Shown here: one piece after another, positions 53,468 through 63,496 of the stretch
Position numbering within the stretch: the stretch's first letter is position 1
Layout: every line of letters begins with the position of its first letter
NCBI GenBank assembly: GCA_963675745.2
Contig: CAXXWX010000006.1
Coordinates: 96,001 to 160,000, forward strand
DNA length: 64,000 nucleotides
DNA from: Phycisphaerae bacterium
GTDB lineage: Bacteria; Planctomycetota; Phycisphaerae; UBA1845; Fen-1342
Direction of reading: 5' to 3'
The notes under the pieces: generated by a model
Databases searched by the model: none
The model's input: only the letters and a program-made list of their open reading frames with translations
What the model was told of the DNA's origin: nothing
Made by a program: the position numbers and the translations under genes

Positions 53468-53800
53468 ATGGCGAAAACAAAGAAGGCAACTGCGGTAACG
53501 AAAGCCCGCACCAAGTCCGAGATCTTCGCCGGTCTTGCCGACAGCACCGGGCTGACGCGCAAGCAAATCTCGGCGATCTTCGGCGAGATGGGCATGATGA
53601 TCAAGAAGGACCTCAGCGGTCGCGGACCGGGCATGTTCACCGTCCCGGGTCTCATGAAGATCAAGGTCGTCAAGAAGCCCGCCACCAAGGCGCGCAAGGG
53701 AATCAACCCGTTCACCGGCGAAGAGATCATGATCAAGGCCAAGCCCGCCCGTAAGGCGGTCAAGGTCACGGCGCTCAAGGGCCTGAAGGAAATGGTCTGA
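53468..53800 (+). CDS. HU-family DNA-binding protein
   Basis: TKSEI; KPATKARKGINPFTGEEIMIKAKPA; RBS GGAGG. Confidence 0.95.
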   Translation: MAKTKKATAVTKARTKSEIFAGLADSTGLTRKQISAIFGEMGMMIKKDLSGRGPGMFTVPGLMKIKVVKKPATKARKGINPFTGEEIMIKAKPARKAVKVTALKGLKEMV

Positions 53801-53859
53801 TCGAGGAACAGCCCTAGCAGGCCAGGCTAGCGCCACAGCTTGGCCGGCAACCAAACCTG

Positions 53860-53904
53860 CGGGCGTGGAACCGTTATGCGATTCCACGCCCGTTTCTTTT
53901 CTTT
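53860..53904 (+). terminator. Rho-independent terminator after the HU gene
   Basis: Stem CGGGCGTGGAA/TTCCACGCCCG followed by TTTCTTTTCTTT. Confidence 0.85.
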
Positions 53905-53954
53905 AGTGTCGTCGAGCGCGGATCATCGCGGCGCCTCACCAGCCCCAGACGCGA

Positions 53955-54530
53955 TCAGGCGTCTCCGACCGCTTGGGCATGTTCCCGCCGAACCCACATG
54001 TTCAGCTCGGCGAGCAGTCCCTGTCGCTTGGCATCGAGCGGATCAAAACCGTGTGCCTGCATCTCCGCCAGCGCTTCGGGCAGTTTCCAACCACTGACCG
54101 CGATGCGAAAGACGGCGCACAGGATTCCCGTGCGGTGGAATCCCTGCTCGCAGTGCACCAGCACCGGGTGCAGCCGGGGGTTTTTCACAATGTCCAGAAA
54201 CCCTGAAAAGACGTTTTGCGGTTCGCTGCTGGTGTCGGACATGCGAATGTGTTCGAGGTGAATGCCGTGCGACTGGCAGTAGGCGCGCTCTTTGCGGAAC
54301 CAGCGCCCGCGCAGCGGATGACGCGTGCCGCCGCGGGCGCAAACGACAGCGCCCAGGCCGTGCGTGCGGCGAATCTGTTCGAGGTCGCGGACGCGTGGCT
54401 GACCGGCGCGCATGAGCACGCCGGGCTCGACGATCGCGAAGTGTGTGAGCCCGTCGTAGCGGCTGCCGACCAGTCCGGCGAGCCACAAGCGCCATTGATG
54501 CGCGCTGCGCCAACCCGTCTTAACCGGCAT
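53955..54530 (-). CDS. Dual-specificity/tyrosine phosphatase-like protein
   Basis: RAGQP; PVLVHCEQGFHRTG (CX5R); the start overlaps the pyrH stop. Confidence 0.85.
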   Translation of the reverse strand: MPVKTGWRSAHQWRLWLAGLVGSRYDGLTHFAIVEPGVLMRAGQPRVRDLEQIRRTHGLGAVVCARGGTRHPLRGRWFRKERAYCQSHGIHLEHIRMSDTSSEPQNVFSGFLDIVKNPRLHPVLVHCEQGFHRTGILCAVFRIAVSGWKLPEALAEMQAHGFDPLDAKRQGLLAELNMWVRREHAQAVGDA

Positions 54531-55248
54531 CGATGAGAGTTCCCAGCGACTCGCCGGCGACAATACGCTGCATGGTGTGCGGCTTGAAGAGGTTGAACAC
54601 GATCACCGGCAGGTTGTGCTGCTGGCAGATGTCGATGGCGCTGAGGTCCATCACTTTGAGGCGGCCGTCAATCACCTGGTCGTAGCTCATGTGTTCATAG
54701 AGCGTGGCCCGCGGATTGGTTTCGGGATCGTCGTCATAAACGCCGTCGACCTTGGTGGCCTTCAGCACGAGTTGTGCGTTCAGTTCGGCGGCGCGCAGGG
54801 CGGCGCAGGTGTCAGTGGTGACATGCGGGTTGCCGGTACCGCCGGCGAGGACCACGACACGCTTCTTGTCCAAATGCCGCAGGCAGCGCAATCGGTCAAA
54901 AGGCTCGCACGCGCGGTCGATGCGAATGGCGCTCTGCACGCGCGTCGGCTGGCCGAGGCGCACCAGCGCCTCCTGGAGCGCGAGCGCATTCATCACCGTT
55001 CCGAGCATGCCCATGTAATCCGCCGCCGCGGCCGGGATATCTAGCTCCTCTCGGAAGCGCGCTCCGCGCAGCATGTTTCCGCCGCCGACCACGACCGCGA
55101 CCTGGGCGTCAAGCTCGCAGACGGCTTTGATCTCGCCAGCGGTGCGATCCAGCGGCGCGCGATGTATGCCGAATCCGCCCGGCGGGCAGAAACCCTCGCC
55201 ACTGACCTTGACTATCACCCGCTGATACCGCGGTTGTGCTCGGCTCAT
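54520..55248 (-). CDS. pyrH: UMP kinase
   Basis: KVSGE; GGGN; DYMGMLGT; GTGNP..TTD; KVDGVYD; VMD. Confidence 0.96.
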   Translation of the reverse strand: MSRAQPRYQRVIVKVSGEGFCPPGGFGIHRAPLDRTAGEIKAVCELDAQVAVVVGGGNMLRGARFREELDIPAAAADYMGMLGTVMNALALQEALVRLGQPTRVQSAIRIDRACEPFDRLRCLRHLDKKRVVVLAGGTGNPHVTTDTCAALRAAELNAQLVLKATKVDGVYDDDPETNPRATLYEHMSYDQVIDGRLKVMDLSAIDICQQHNLPVIVFNLFKPHTMQRIVAGESLGTLIDAG

Positions 55249-55506
55249 GGTTGTCCTCACGCATGTCTCGAAACAACACAATTGTGCTCGTGCCCGGCCG
55301 TCGCAACGCGCGCTCACGATTGAAGCCCGCGGCGCTACATCTGGAGTTCGGAATGCGCTGCCAACGACCGCACCGGCGTGATCATATCGCCCGCTCCGCC
55401 CGTCCGCCACGGCGCGAATCCGGCGCCCGCGGCTGGCAAGCCGCACACGCCGACAGCATAATGCGTGCTGGAAACCAAACACGGCGGCACGGGCGCAAGC
55501 ACTCTG

Positions 55507-56592
55507 ATGTCCAGGCGAAAACGAGGCAGCAAGACCAAGACCCACACGTACCGCAGCGCGGGTGTAAGCCTACAGGCTGCCGACCAGGCTGTGTCGCTGA
55601 TCGCTCCGCTGGTACGGCGTACATATGGGCCGCGCGTGCTGCCGTCACACGGGGGTTTCGCCGGCGCGTTCCGACTCGATTTCGACGAGCGCCTGTTCGC
55701 CCACAATTACCGGGAGCCGGTGCTGGTGGGGTGTACGGATGGCGTCGGCAGCAAGCTGATGGTTGCGATCGAGGCCGGCAGGTATGAGACAATTGGCATC
55801 GACCTCGTGGCGATGAATGTCAACGATTTGTTGTGCCGCGGGGCCGAGCCGCTTTTCTTCCTCGACTACATCGCGGTACACAAGCTGCGCCCCAAACGCG
55901 TGATGGAAATCGTCGCCGGGGTCGTTGCCGGCTGCGAGCAGGCTGACTGTGCCCTGCTTGGCGGTGAAACCGCCGAAATGCCGTCCCTGTATCGCGCCGG
56001 GCAATTCGACGTGGCCGGTTTCGCGGTCGGTGTCGTCGAGCGCAAGCGGCTCATCGATCCGCGGCATGTCAGGTGTGGTGATATCGCGATTGGTGTGCTC
56101 TCAAGTGGGTTGCACTCAAACGGCTTCGCGCTTGCGCGCCAGACGCTGCTGAAAGAGGCGCGGCTACCGCTGATGACGCACCATCGCACTCTCGGTGAGC
56201 CGCTGGTGGATGCCCTGCTTCGCCCGACACGTATCTACGTGGCGCCGGTGCTGAGTGTCTTGCGCGGATATCGCCGCGTGCGCGCCGTGACGGCGATGGC
56301 GAACATCACCGGGGGTGGATTGCCGGGTAATCTGCCGCGCGTGCTGCCCGACGCCTGTGATCTCGTAATCGATCGCGGGAGTTGGCCGATTCCCCCGATT
56401 TTCGCGTTGCTTCAGCGGTATGATATTGCCGAAGAAGAAATGTACCGGGTTTTTAACATGGGGGTCGGTTTTGTGCTGATTGTGCGCCCGCGCTCGGTGA
56501 CGCCGGTGCTGAAAACGCTGGCACGAGCCAAGGCGCCGGCATGCGTGATCGGTCGAGTGCGGCGTGGGCAGGGCCGCGTGGAGTTCCGGTGA
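55507..56592 (+). CDS. purM: Phosphoribosylformylglycinamidine cyclo-ligase
   Basis: TDGVGSK; IDLVAMNVND; GGETAEMP; SSGLHSNG; FNMGVG. Confidence 0.97.
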   Translation: MSRRKRGSKTKTHTYRSAGVSLQAADQAVSLIAPLVRRTYGPRVLPSHGGFAGAFRLDFDERLFAHNYREPVLVGCTDGVGSKLMVAIEAGRYETIGIDLVAMNVNDLLCRGAEPLFFLDYIAVHKLRPKRVMEIVAGVVAGCEQADCALLGGETAEMPSLYRAGQFDVAGFAVGVVERKRLIDPRHVRCGDIAIGVLSSGLHSNGFALARQTLLKEARLPLMTHHRTLGEPLVDALLRPTRIYVAPVLSVLRGYRRVRAVTAMANITGGGLPGNLPRVLPDACDLVIDRGSWPIPPIFALLQRYDIAEEEMYRVFNMGVGFVLIVRPRSVTPVLKTLARAKAPACVIGRVRRGQGRVEFR

Positions 56593-56600
56593 TAGGTGTC

Positions 56601-57569
56601 ATGCGAAAGGTGAGCGGCTTCGGCGTGGCGCTGGCGGCCGCGTGCGGCTGTGGCGTGTGGTGTGGTTGTGCCGCGAGCGGCTCCGGAGTGCCGATCACGT
56701 TCGAGCAGGAGGAGTGGTACTACGCCGGCCACGAGGGATACAAGCTCACCACCGAACACTATGAGATTCACACGACCATTACGGATGACAATCTGGTAAA
56801 CACGTTTCCGCGGCTGGTGGAGACGGCGTTTGCGCAATACACCTCGCTGGCCCCGCCAGCGGTGCCAACGCAGGCAAGAATGCCGATGTACCTGTTTGCC
56901 ACGCGCGGGCAGTGGGCCGATTTCACCAAACGCACGTTTCCGCCCCAGCGCGCCAAAGCGCTGCTCCGCATTCGTAACGGCGGCTATTCGGAAAAGGGAC
57001 TGTCGGCCACGCAATACGTCACACACGCCACAACTTTCCCATTGCTGGCTCACGAGGGCTTTCATCAGTATCTCCACGTGTACGTGGGGCAGCGTGTGCC
57101 GGCATGGCTCAACGAGGGCCTGGCGGTCTGTTGCGAGGGCCAACGCTGGCGCGGTAACCAGAACGTCGACTTTGAACCCTGGAACAACCCGCTGCGGCGC
57201 AACAAGCTTGCGGAACGGCTGATCCAGGGCCGGACCGTCGCGCTGCGCGAGCTACTGCGAACGCATCCCGGCCTGGTCATCTCGGGGCCGCCCAGCAAGG
57301 TGGCGGCGTATTACAGCCAGGTGTGGGCGCTCATCTGGTTCTTGAAGGAAGGGCAGGATGGCAAGTACGCGGAAGGGCTCGATCGCCTGATCGCCGCCCT
57401 TTCCGACCCGGATGTCGAGCGCTACGCCAAGGCCGCGTTTATCAGCGCCGAAGCGGACGAGTATCACTATGGTGAATACCTGTTTCGCCACTTCATCAGT
57501 GACGATCTGAATACGATTGAACGAGAATATGTGGCGTTTATGCGAGAGCGCGTGCTGGGCGAGCGCTGA
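56601..57569 (+). CDS. Probable lipoprotein, DUF1570-like HEXXH metallopeptidase
   Basis: Hydrophobic N-terminus with Cys; AHEGFHQ; PAWLNEGLA; YSQVWALIWFL. Confidence 0.75.
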   Translation: MRKVSGFGVALAAACGCGVWCGCAASGSGVPITFEQEEWYYAGHEGYKLTTEHYEIHTTITDDNLVNTFPRLVETAFAQYTSLAPPAVPTQARMPMYLFATRGQWADFTKRTFPPQRAKALLRIRNGGYSEKGLSATQYVTHATTFPLLAHEGFHQYLHVYVGQRVPAWLNEGLAVCCEGQRWRGNQNVDFEPWNNPLRRNKLAERLIQGRTVALRELLRTHPGLVISGPPSKVAAYYSQVWALIWFLKEGQDGKYAEGLDRLIAALSDPDVERYAKAAFISAEADEYHYGEYLFRHFISDDLNTIEREYVAFMRERVLGER

Positions 57570-57592
57570 GCACGACAGTGAGGACTGTTGTC

Positions 57593-57943
57593 ATGTCAGA
57601 TGAGAAACCCGCGGAAATCCAATTCGACGACTTTACCAAGCTTGATCTGCGCGTAGCGACAATCAAGCACGCCGAGCCGCACCCCAATGCCGACAAGCTC
57701 CTGGTGCTGCAGCTCGACATCGGCGCCGACGAGCAGCGGCAGGTCATCGCCGGGATTCGCGGGCACTACGAGCCAGAAGAACTTGTCGGCCGACAGATCG
57801 TCATCGTGGCCAATCTGGCGCCGCGCATGATGCGCGGACTGGAGAGCCAGGGCATGCTGCTGGCGGCGGTGAGTGAAGATCACTCGGCTGTGATTCTCAT
57901 CAGTCCCGAGAAGCCCATCGCCCCGGGCGTCAGCGTAAGCTAG
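57593..57943 (+). CDS. Stand-alone tRNA-binding OB protein (MetRS C-terminal/Trbp111-like)
   Basis: DFTKLDLRV; HPNADKLL; NLAPRMMRGLESQGMLLAA. Confidence 0.9.
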   Translation: MSDEKPAEIQFDDFTKLDLRVATIKHAEPHPNADKLLVLQLDIGADEQRQVIAGIRGHYEPEELVGRQIVIVANLAPRMMRGLESQGMLLAAVSEDHSAVILISPEKPIAPGVSVS

Positions 57944-58089
57944 AACAGGCTTCATCCAAGGCGGCCCGCACTTCGAGGCGGCGGCCGTCGCACGGCTGAG
58001 ACAGCTCGGCTCCCTCGGCCGCCACGCTGTTTGTCGGGGGGTGGCATCGGCATACACAGCGTGGCTATTCAATCACGAGGATCGTCCCC

Positions 58090-59355
58090 ATGATCAGCGA
58101 AGCCGGCATGCCAAACCCGCAACGCCTGCTGGTTGACGACATCGGGCGGCTCATCATCGTGCCGCCAGGCCCACTTGCCGGACCGGCAATGCGGAGCGGC
58201 GGCACGCTCGAAAACGCCGCGCTGCTGGCCGAGGCCGGCAAGATTCGCTGGTTTGGCCCGGCACACGATGCGCCACAGGTAGAACCGTCACAACGAATTT
58301 CGGCTGACGGCGGGACGGTCATTCCCGGCCTGATTGATCCGCACACTCACATCCCGTTCGCCGGCGACCGCAGCGATGAATTCGCCCGGCGATTGGCCGG
58401 AGAGTCATACCTCTCCATCATGCAGGCCGGCGGCGGAATCCGCGCCACAACCCGCGCCGTCCGCGCGGCCACTGAGGAGCAACTGGTTGCGGAGAACCTG
58501 CCGCGCTTGCAGCGCATGCTGGCCGGGGGCGTCACCACGGTCGAGTGCAAAAGCGGGTATGGACTGGCGCCCGACCACGAGTTGAAGCAACTCCGAGCTT
58601 TGCGCGCGCTCGACGCACAGCAGCCGATCGACATCATCCCCACCTATCTTGGCGCGCACGCCTTGCCCGCGGAGTTCGAAGGCCGGGCCGACGAATACAT
58701 CGAGACTATCAGCGATCCCGCACTGCTGAAGGAAATCGCCGACAGCAATCTGGCCCGCTTCTGCGACGCATTCTGTGATGCGGGAGCATTTGACACGGCT
58801 CAGGCGCGACGCGTGCTCGAGCGTGCCGCCGCCGCGGGCCTGAAGCCCAGGCTGCACGCCGACGAGCTGGCCCAGATTGGTGCCACCCGGCTGGCCGGCG
58901 CGCTTGGGGCCGTCTCCGCCGATCACCTTGAGCACATTGACGACGAGGGGATTGCGGCGCTCAAAGCGGCGGGCACGGTCGCGGTCGTTCTGCCCGGCAC
59001 ATCGTTCTTCCTGGGCATCGACCACTGCGACGCGCGTCGCTTGATCGAGTCGGGCCTGGCTGTGGCCCTGGCGACGGATTTCAATCCCGGGTCGTCGATG
59101 ATTGAGTCTCTGCCGCTGATTATGGATATCGCCTGTTGCCAACTCCGCCTGACGCCCCGCGAGGTGCTCGGCGCGGTGACCGCGAATGCGGCGGCCGCAC
59201 TCAACCTGCACGGGCACACCGGCGCGATCGAGGTCGGCTACGACGCTGATCTGGTCATTATGGATGTGCCCACGCTCGAAGCCCGTTTTTACACGCCGGG
59301 GCGCTCATATGTGCGCCGAGTTATCAAGCGCGGAGAAGTCGTCTTCGACGCGTAG
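58090..59355 (+). CDS. hutI: Imidazolonepropionase
   Basis: PGLIDPHTH; GGGI; KSGYGL; LGAH; LHADE; SADHL; ATDFNPG. Confidence 0.96.
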   Translation: MISEAGMPNPQRLLVDDIGRLIIVPPGPLAGPAMRSGGTLENAALLAEAGKIRWFGPAHDAPQVEPSQRISADGGTVIPGLIDPHTHIPFAGDRSDEFARRLAGESYLSIMQAGGGIRATTRAVRAATEEQLVAENLPRLQRMLAGGVTTVECKSGYGLAPDHELKQLRALRALDAQQPIDIIPTYLGAHALPAEFEGRADEYIETISDPALLKEIADSNLARFCDAFCDAGAFDTAQARRVLERAAAAGLKPRLHADELAQIGATRLAGALGAVSADHLEHIDDEGIAALKAAGTVAVVLPGTSFFLGIDHCDARRLIESGLAVALATDFNPGSSMIESLPLIMDIACCQLRLTPREVLGAVTANAAAALNLHGHTGAIEVGYDADLVIMDVPTLEARFYTPGRSYVRRVIKRGEVVFDA

Positions 59356-59428
59356 CGGCCGCTGCGTGTGCCGGAAACCGCCGCGCGTTGCCTGGTCCGC
59401 GACGCAATCGGTGGATCGTAGTCAGGCC

Positions 59429-59611
59429 GTCCCGCAGGGACGCAATGAACTTAGCCCAGTACGAAGTACTGGGGCAATCGTAGCCACGTGAAGACCCAGT
59501 CCCACCGGGACGGCTGAGCTTTCAGTCGTCCCTGCGGGACTCGGCGGCAACGTACGCGATCCAAACCCAGCACTGCGTGCTGGGCTATATTCAGATGCCC
59601 CTGCGGGGCAG
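59429..59611. repeat. About 180-bp nested palindromic element (MITE/REPIN-like)
   Basis: The left arm GTCCCGCAGGGAC..TGAACTTAGCCCAGTACGAAGTACTGGG is mirrored by the right arm CCCAGCACTGCGTGCTGGGCTATATTCA..GCCCCTGCGGGGC. Centre: AGTCCC..GGGACGGCTGA/TCAGTCGTCCC..GGGACT. Confidence 0.8.
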
Positions 59612-59762
59612 ATGACTCGGAAACCGCGCGCTGAATGCCCACTGCAAGTGTCACGGACGCCGCGTTGCCTGACACAGCGCCCGGGTACCTCTTTCATCGC
59701 TCACTCGCTATGATCAGGGGTGGTCAGCGATTGATGGGGCGTGAGGCTACGGACAACGGAAA

Positions 59763-60905
59763 ATGCTGTATCAACTACCGCTATCAGCAGAGTATCAGCA
59801 ACTCAGCGACGACGATCTGCGCGCCGGCATCCGGGAGTTCAAAGACCGGCTCGGCGACCGCTTGGTCATTCTCGGCCACCATTACCAGCAACAGGACGTA
59901 ATCGAACTGGCCGATCTGCGCGGCGACAGTCTCAAGCTCTCACAACTGGCCGCCGAGCAGACCCAGGCGGAGTACATCGTCTTCTGCGGCGTGCATTTCA
60001 TGGCCGAATCGGCCGACATTCTTTCGAGCGACCGGCAGGTCGTGATTCTGCCAGATCTATCCGCGGGTTGCAGCATGGCGGATATGGCGGACATCGACGA
60101 CGTCGAAGACGCGTGGGGGTTCCTGGAACGCGCTGCGGATGGTATGCCGATCACGCCGATCACATATGTCAATTCATCGGCGGCGGTCAAGGCATTTGTC
60201 GGTCGCCATGATGGCGCGTGTTGCACGAGCTCAAACGCGCGCATGGTGCTGGAATGGGGCCTGCACGGGGCGACGGCGGATGGTGATGCGCGCGCGGGTC
60301 ACAAAATCCTCTTCGCCCCGGATCAGCATCTGGGCCGCAACACCGCATACGCGCTCGGGTGGCCGCTCGAAAGCATGGTTGTGTATGATCCTGAGCTGCC
60401 CGACGGCGGGCTGACCGCCGAGCAGGTCCACAAAGCACGCTTCATCCTGTGGAAAGGACATTGCTCCGTACACGGCCTCTTCAACGTGCAGCAGATCGAG
60501 AGCGTGCGCGCCGGCGACGACGCGGCCACGATCATCGTGCATCCGGAGTGCTGCTGGGAGGTCTGTCAGGCGGCGGACATGGTCGGGAGCACCGAGTACA
60601 TCATCAACGCCGTCAGTCGGGCGCCCGCTGGCTCGCGCTGGGCGGTGGGCACTGAGAATCACCTGGTCCAGCGGCTGGCCCTGGAGCACGCGGATAAGCA
60701 GGTGCGTTCCCTGGCGAGCATTCAGTGCCTGTGTACCACGATGTACCGCATCGATCTACGGCATCTTTATTGGTGCCTGGATCAACTGACGCGCGGGGAT
60801 GTTGTTAATCGGGTCGTCGTTGATGAGGACACGAAGCGCTGGGCAAAAGCCGCCCTTGACCGCATGTTGGCTTTGCGCCCCGCACAACCCGTGTCGGCCA
60901 AGTAG
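59763..60905 (+). CDS. nadA: Quinolinate synthase
   Basis: ILGHHYQ; GDSL; CGVHFMAE; AGCSMA; YVNS; CSVH; HPEC; CTTM. Confidence 0.97.
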   Translation: MLYQLPLSAEYQQLSDDDLRAGIREFKDRLGDRLVILGHHYQQQDVIELADLRGDSLKLSQLAAEQTQAEYIVFCGVHFMAESADILSSDRQVVILPDLSAGCSMADMADIDDVEDAWGFLERAADGMPITPITYVNSSAAVKAFVGRHDGACCTSSNARMVLEWGLHGATADGDARAGHKILFAPDQHLGRNTAYALGWPLESMVVYDPELPDGGLTAEQVHKARFILWKGHCSVHGLFNVQQIESVRAGDDAATIIVHPECCWEVCQAADMVGSTEYIINAVSRAPAGSRWAVGTENHLVQRLALEHADKQVRSLASIQCLCTTMYRIDLRHLYWCLDQLTRGDVVNRVVVDEDTKRWAKAALDRMLALRPAQPVSAK

Positions 60906-60944
60906 CCCACGCCGGTTGCGACAAAACATCGATACGTCTGACGG

Positions 60945-63494
60945 CTATGGTCCAGCGGTGCGGTGCCTTGCGCGCCAGGCCATGTCATGGAAGTGCAGGA
61001 AGCTCTCGCGCGCCTGTGGGCCGTGACATTCGGAGCACACGTTCGGCGTGGCGAAGTGGCGCAACTGGAGTCGCAGCGCGCCCTGCTCGGCTTCGGTGAG
61101 CGTCTCGTCGTCCTCGACGCGCTGCAACAGATCCAGCCGACCGTGCGATAGATGACAAGTCCGGCACGCGACACGGCCTTGACGATCCACGCGCCCGTCA
61201 GCGCCGAACAGCGGCAGATAGCCGGGAGCGTTCGGATCAATGACGTTCATCATCAGCACGTCCGGGTGGGTGGCGATATCTCGGACCGGTGCCGGCCCCT
61301 CGGGGTGGTGGCAGGCCAGACACGGCACGCAACTCACCTCCACGCCGCCGACCACCCGCTCGCAGCGCTCCATCAGGAACCGCGGTGACAGCACCTCGCC
61401 CCATACCGAGTCGGGGTAGGCGTGCATCGCGTGGCAGGGTTTGCACGAATCGACTTCGAACCCGAATCGTCGGAGGCTGATCGCCGAGTGCCCGGTGTGG
61501 CGAACGAGCGTCTTTTCCTTGTGACAGTGCAGGCACAATTGCTCGGCGGGTTCGTCAATGTCAACGCGCGCCAGATTGCGCGGTTCCGGTCCGCCGTGCG
61601 GATTGTGGCAGGTCTGGCAGCCGAGCTGCTTGTTGCCCTGTTCGTCGGATGGAATCAGGGTGACGTCAACGTGCGTGTGTTCGATGGAGACCTGTCGGGG
61701 ATGCACAGCCGCGATGGTGGTTGACGCGTTCCAGGCCGCGTCGGCGTGGCACGCCAGGCATGCGCCATCATGCGGATTGGGCGCGTTCGCATCACGCTTG
61801 CGCAGCAGATCGGGCTGCTCGCCCCCGTGAGCCGTGTGGCACGTCAGGCAAAGGCCGCGCGGTTCCGCGTCCGCGGAACGCCAGGGCTCTTCATCATGGC
61901 TGGCATCGTGCGGGCCGCCGGCGACCAGCGCCTGATCGGCGTGGCACGCGATGCACGTCTCCGCCTGGGGCTTGGCCAGGTAGTCGCCGAAGCGCTGCTC
62001 ATGCGGATCGTGGCACTCCGCGCAGGTCGTGTCGGGGTGCAACGGCGCACCGGCGAGCAGCGTCTGGCCACAGCTCCCGTCCTGATGGCAGGTGGTACAG
62101 CGTCCGGATTCATCTCCCGGTGCGGGAACCGCGGCGCGGGCGAATCCATGGCCGGCGTGGCAGGCACTGCACGGCCCGCCGACGAGCGGCGTCTGATCGG
62201 CCAGATTCCGTTCGCCCGGGAAATTGGTGCGCAGATCGTGCGTGGTGCCGACCACCGCCGTCTGGGACTCGTGGCAGGTGCTGCACGCCGCGTTGCCTTC
62301 GGGCCGGAACGCCAGCAAATGCGCGTTGCGCTCCGCACCGTGAACGCGGTGGCACGAGACACACAGCAACTCGCCGCCCGGCCCGCTGGTTGTATTCCAA
62401 TCGCTGACCGCCTGGAGTTGCACGTCATTCAGCGCCGGCTGCTGCGCGTGTTTGTGCAGCAGACCTTGCGGGTGCTGCTGGGCGAGCTCGTCACGGTGAC
62501 AGGTAAGGCACGCATCGTTGGACTGTGTGTCAAGTGTCAACAACGGGCCGTATCCCGCCGTGTGCGTCGAATGGCAGACCAGGCAGGTGAGCTCGTTGGG
62601 CTGCGTAATGACGGCGCCGGCGCTGACAAACTCCTCGGGAACCGGCCGGTCCATCGGGCCCACCGGGTGCATGCCGGCCGCGGGCCCGTCGCCGAATTGT
62701 TCGTGGCACGACACGCATAACTGCGACGGTGCGGCCTTGAGGAATTCGCCATGGGACATGTCGTGGGGATCGTGGCACTCGGCGCAGCGCGACTCGGGAT
62801 GGTCCATGGACATGCGCGGGTGATTAGCCGCGCAGCGGTACATCTGGTGGCAGGTGATGCAGCGGCCATCGGGATCGAGCGGGCATGGCTCGAACTCGCG
62901 CGCGTAGCGATGGGCGAGATGGCATGCGCTGCAAGGCCCCCCCTCGAGCGCCGTCTGGCCCAGGCGGTTCTGCTCGTGCGGCGCCGAGACGCGCAAGTCG
63001 TGGGGCGTATCCTGGGCGTAATGGCCGGGATGGCAACGGCTGCAAAATGCCCCGTCGGCCAGCGTGTCGGCCAGCATGTGCGAGCCGGCTTCGTCATTGC
63101 CGAGCTTGTGGCACGACATGCAGATCAGCGTGCCGCCCGGCCCGGCGACGGTGCCCATCGCGCGGACCGCCTCTAACTGGTCTTCGCTGAGCGGGACGTT
63201 CTGCGAGTGTCCCTGTTCGACGTCGCGGCCGGCCATCGCCGGCGCCACCTGCCGATGGCACGCCAGGCAATACAGCGAGCTGTCGGGGCTCGCCCAGTTG
63301 ACAGCCTCCATTGTGTGTGGCAGTTCGACCGGGCGCGGCTTCGAAAACGCCCTGATCTGCGGCACAGCCGCATACACAATCGCCGTCAGGCCGCCCAGCA
63401 CGAGAATGACGTGTACCACGTTGATCAGCGGATTCAACGCGCGCATCACACCCGCCGGTCGTGGTGGCGATGCCATGGGCTTCTCATCTCGCAT
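60945..63494 (-). CDS. Membrane-anchored multiheme cytochrome c (23 CxxCH)
   Basis: 23 CxxCH motifs counted by hand in about 849 aa, many as paired CxxCHxxH; one N-terminal TM helix; GGAG before the ATG. Confidence 0.93.
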   Translation of the reverse strand: MRDEKPMASPPRPAGVMRALNPLINVVHVILVLGGLTAIVYAAVPQIRAFSKPRPVELPHTMEAVNWASPDSSLYCLACHRQVAPAMAGRDVEQGHSQNVPLSEDQLEAVRAMGTVAGPGGTLICMSCHKLGNDEAGSHMLADTLADGAFCSRCHPGHYAQDTPHDLRVSAPHEQNRLGQTALEGGPCSACHLAHRYAREFEPCPLDPDGRCITCHQMYRCAANHPRMSMDHPESRCAECHDPHDMSHGEFLKAAPSQLCVSCHEQFGDGPAAGMHPVGPMDRPVPEEFVSAGAVITQPNELTCLVCHSTHTAGYGPLLTLDTQSNDACLTCHRDELAQQHPQGLLHKHAQQPALNDVQLQAVSDWNTTSGPGGELLCVSCHRVHGAERNAHLLAFRPEGNAACSTCHESQTAVVGTTHDLRTNFPGERNLADQTPLVGGPCSACHAGHGFARAAVPAPGDESGRCTTCHQDGSCGQTLLAGAPLHPDTTCAECHDPHEQRFGDYLAKPQAETCIACHADQALVAGGPHDASHDEEPWRSADAEPRGLCLTCHTAHGGEQPDLLRKRDANAPNPHDGACLACHADAAWNASTTIAAVHPRQVSIEHTHVDVTLIPSDEQGNKQLGCQTCHNPHGGPEPRNLARVDIDEPAEQLCLHCHKEKTLVRHTGHSAISLRRFGFEVDSCKPCHAMHAYPDSVWGEVLSPRFLMERCERVVGGVEVSCVPCLACHHPEGPAPVRDIATHPDVLMMNVIDPNAPGYLPLFGADGRVDRQGRVACRTCHLSHGRLDLLQRVEDDETLTEAEQGALRLQLRHFATPNVCSECHGPQARESFLHFHDMAWRARHRTAGP

Positions 63495-63496
63495 GG

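Noticed and set aside
59612..59762. NAD+ riboswitch upstream of nadA
   Set aside because: No recognisable match to the aptamer by eye; a cmscan would settle it.
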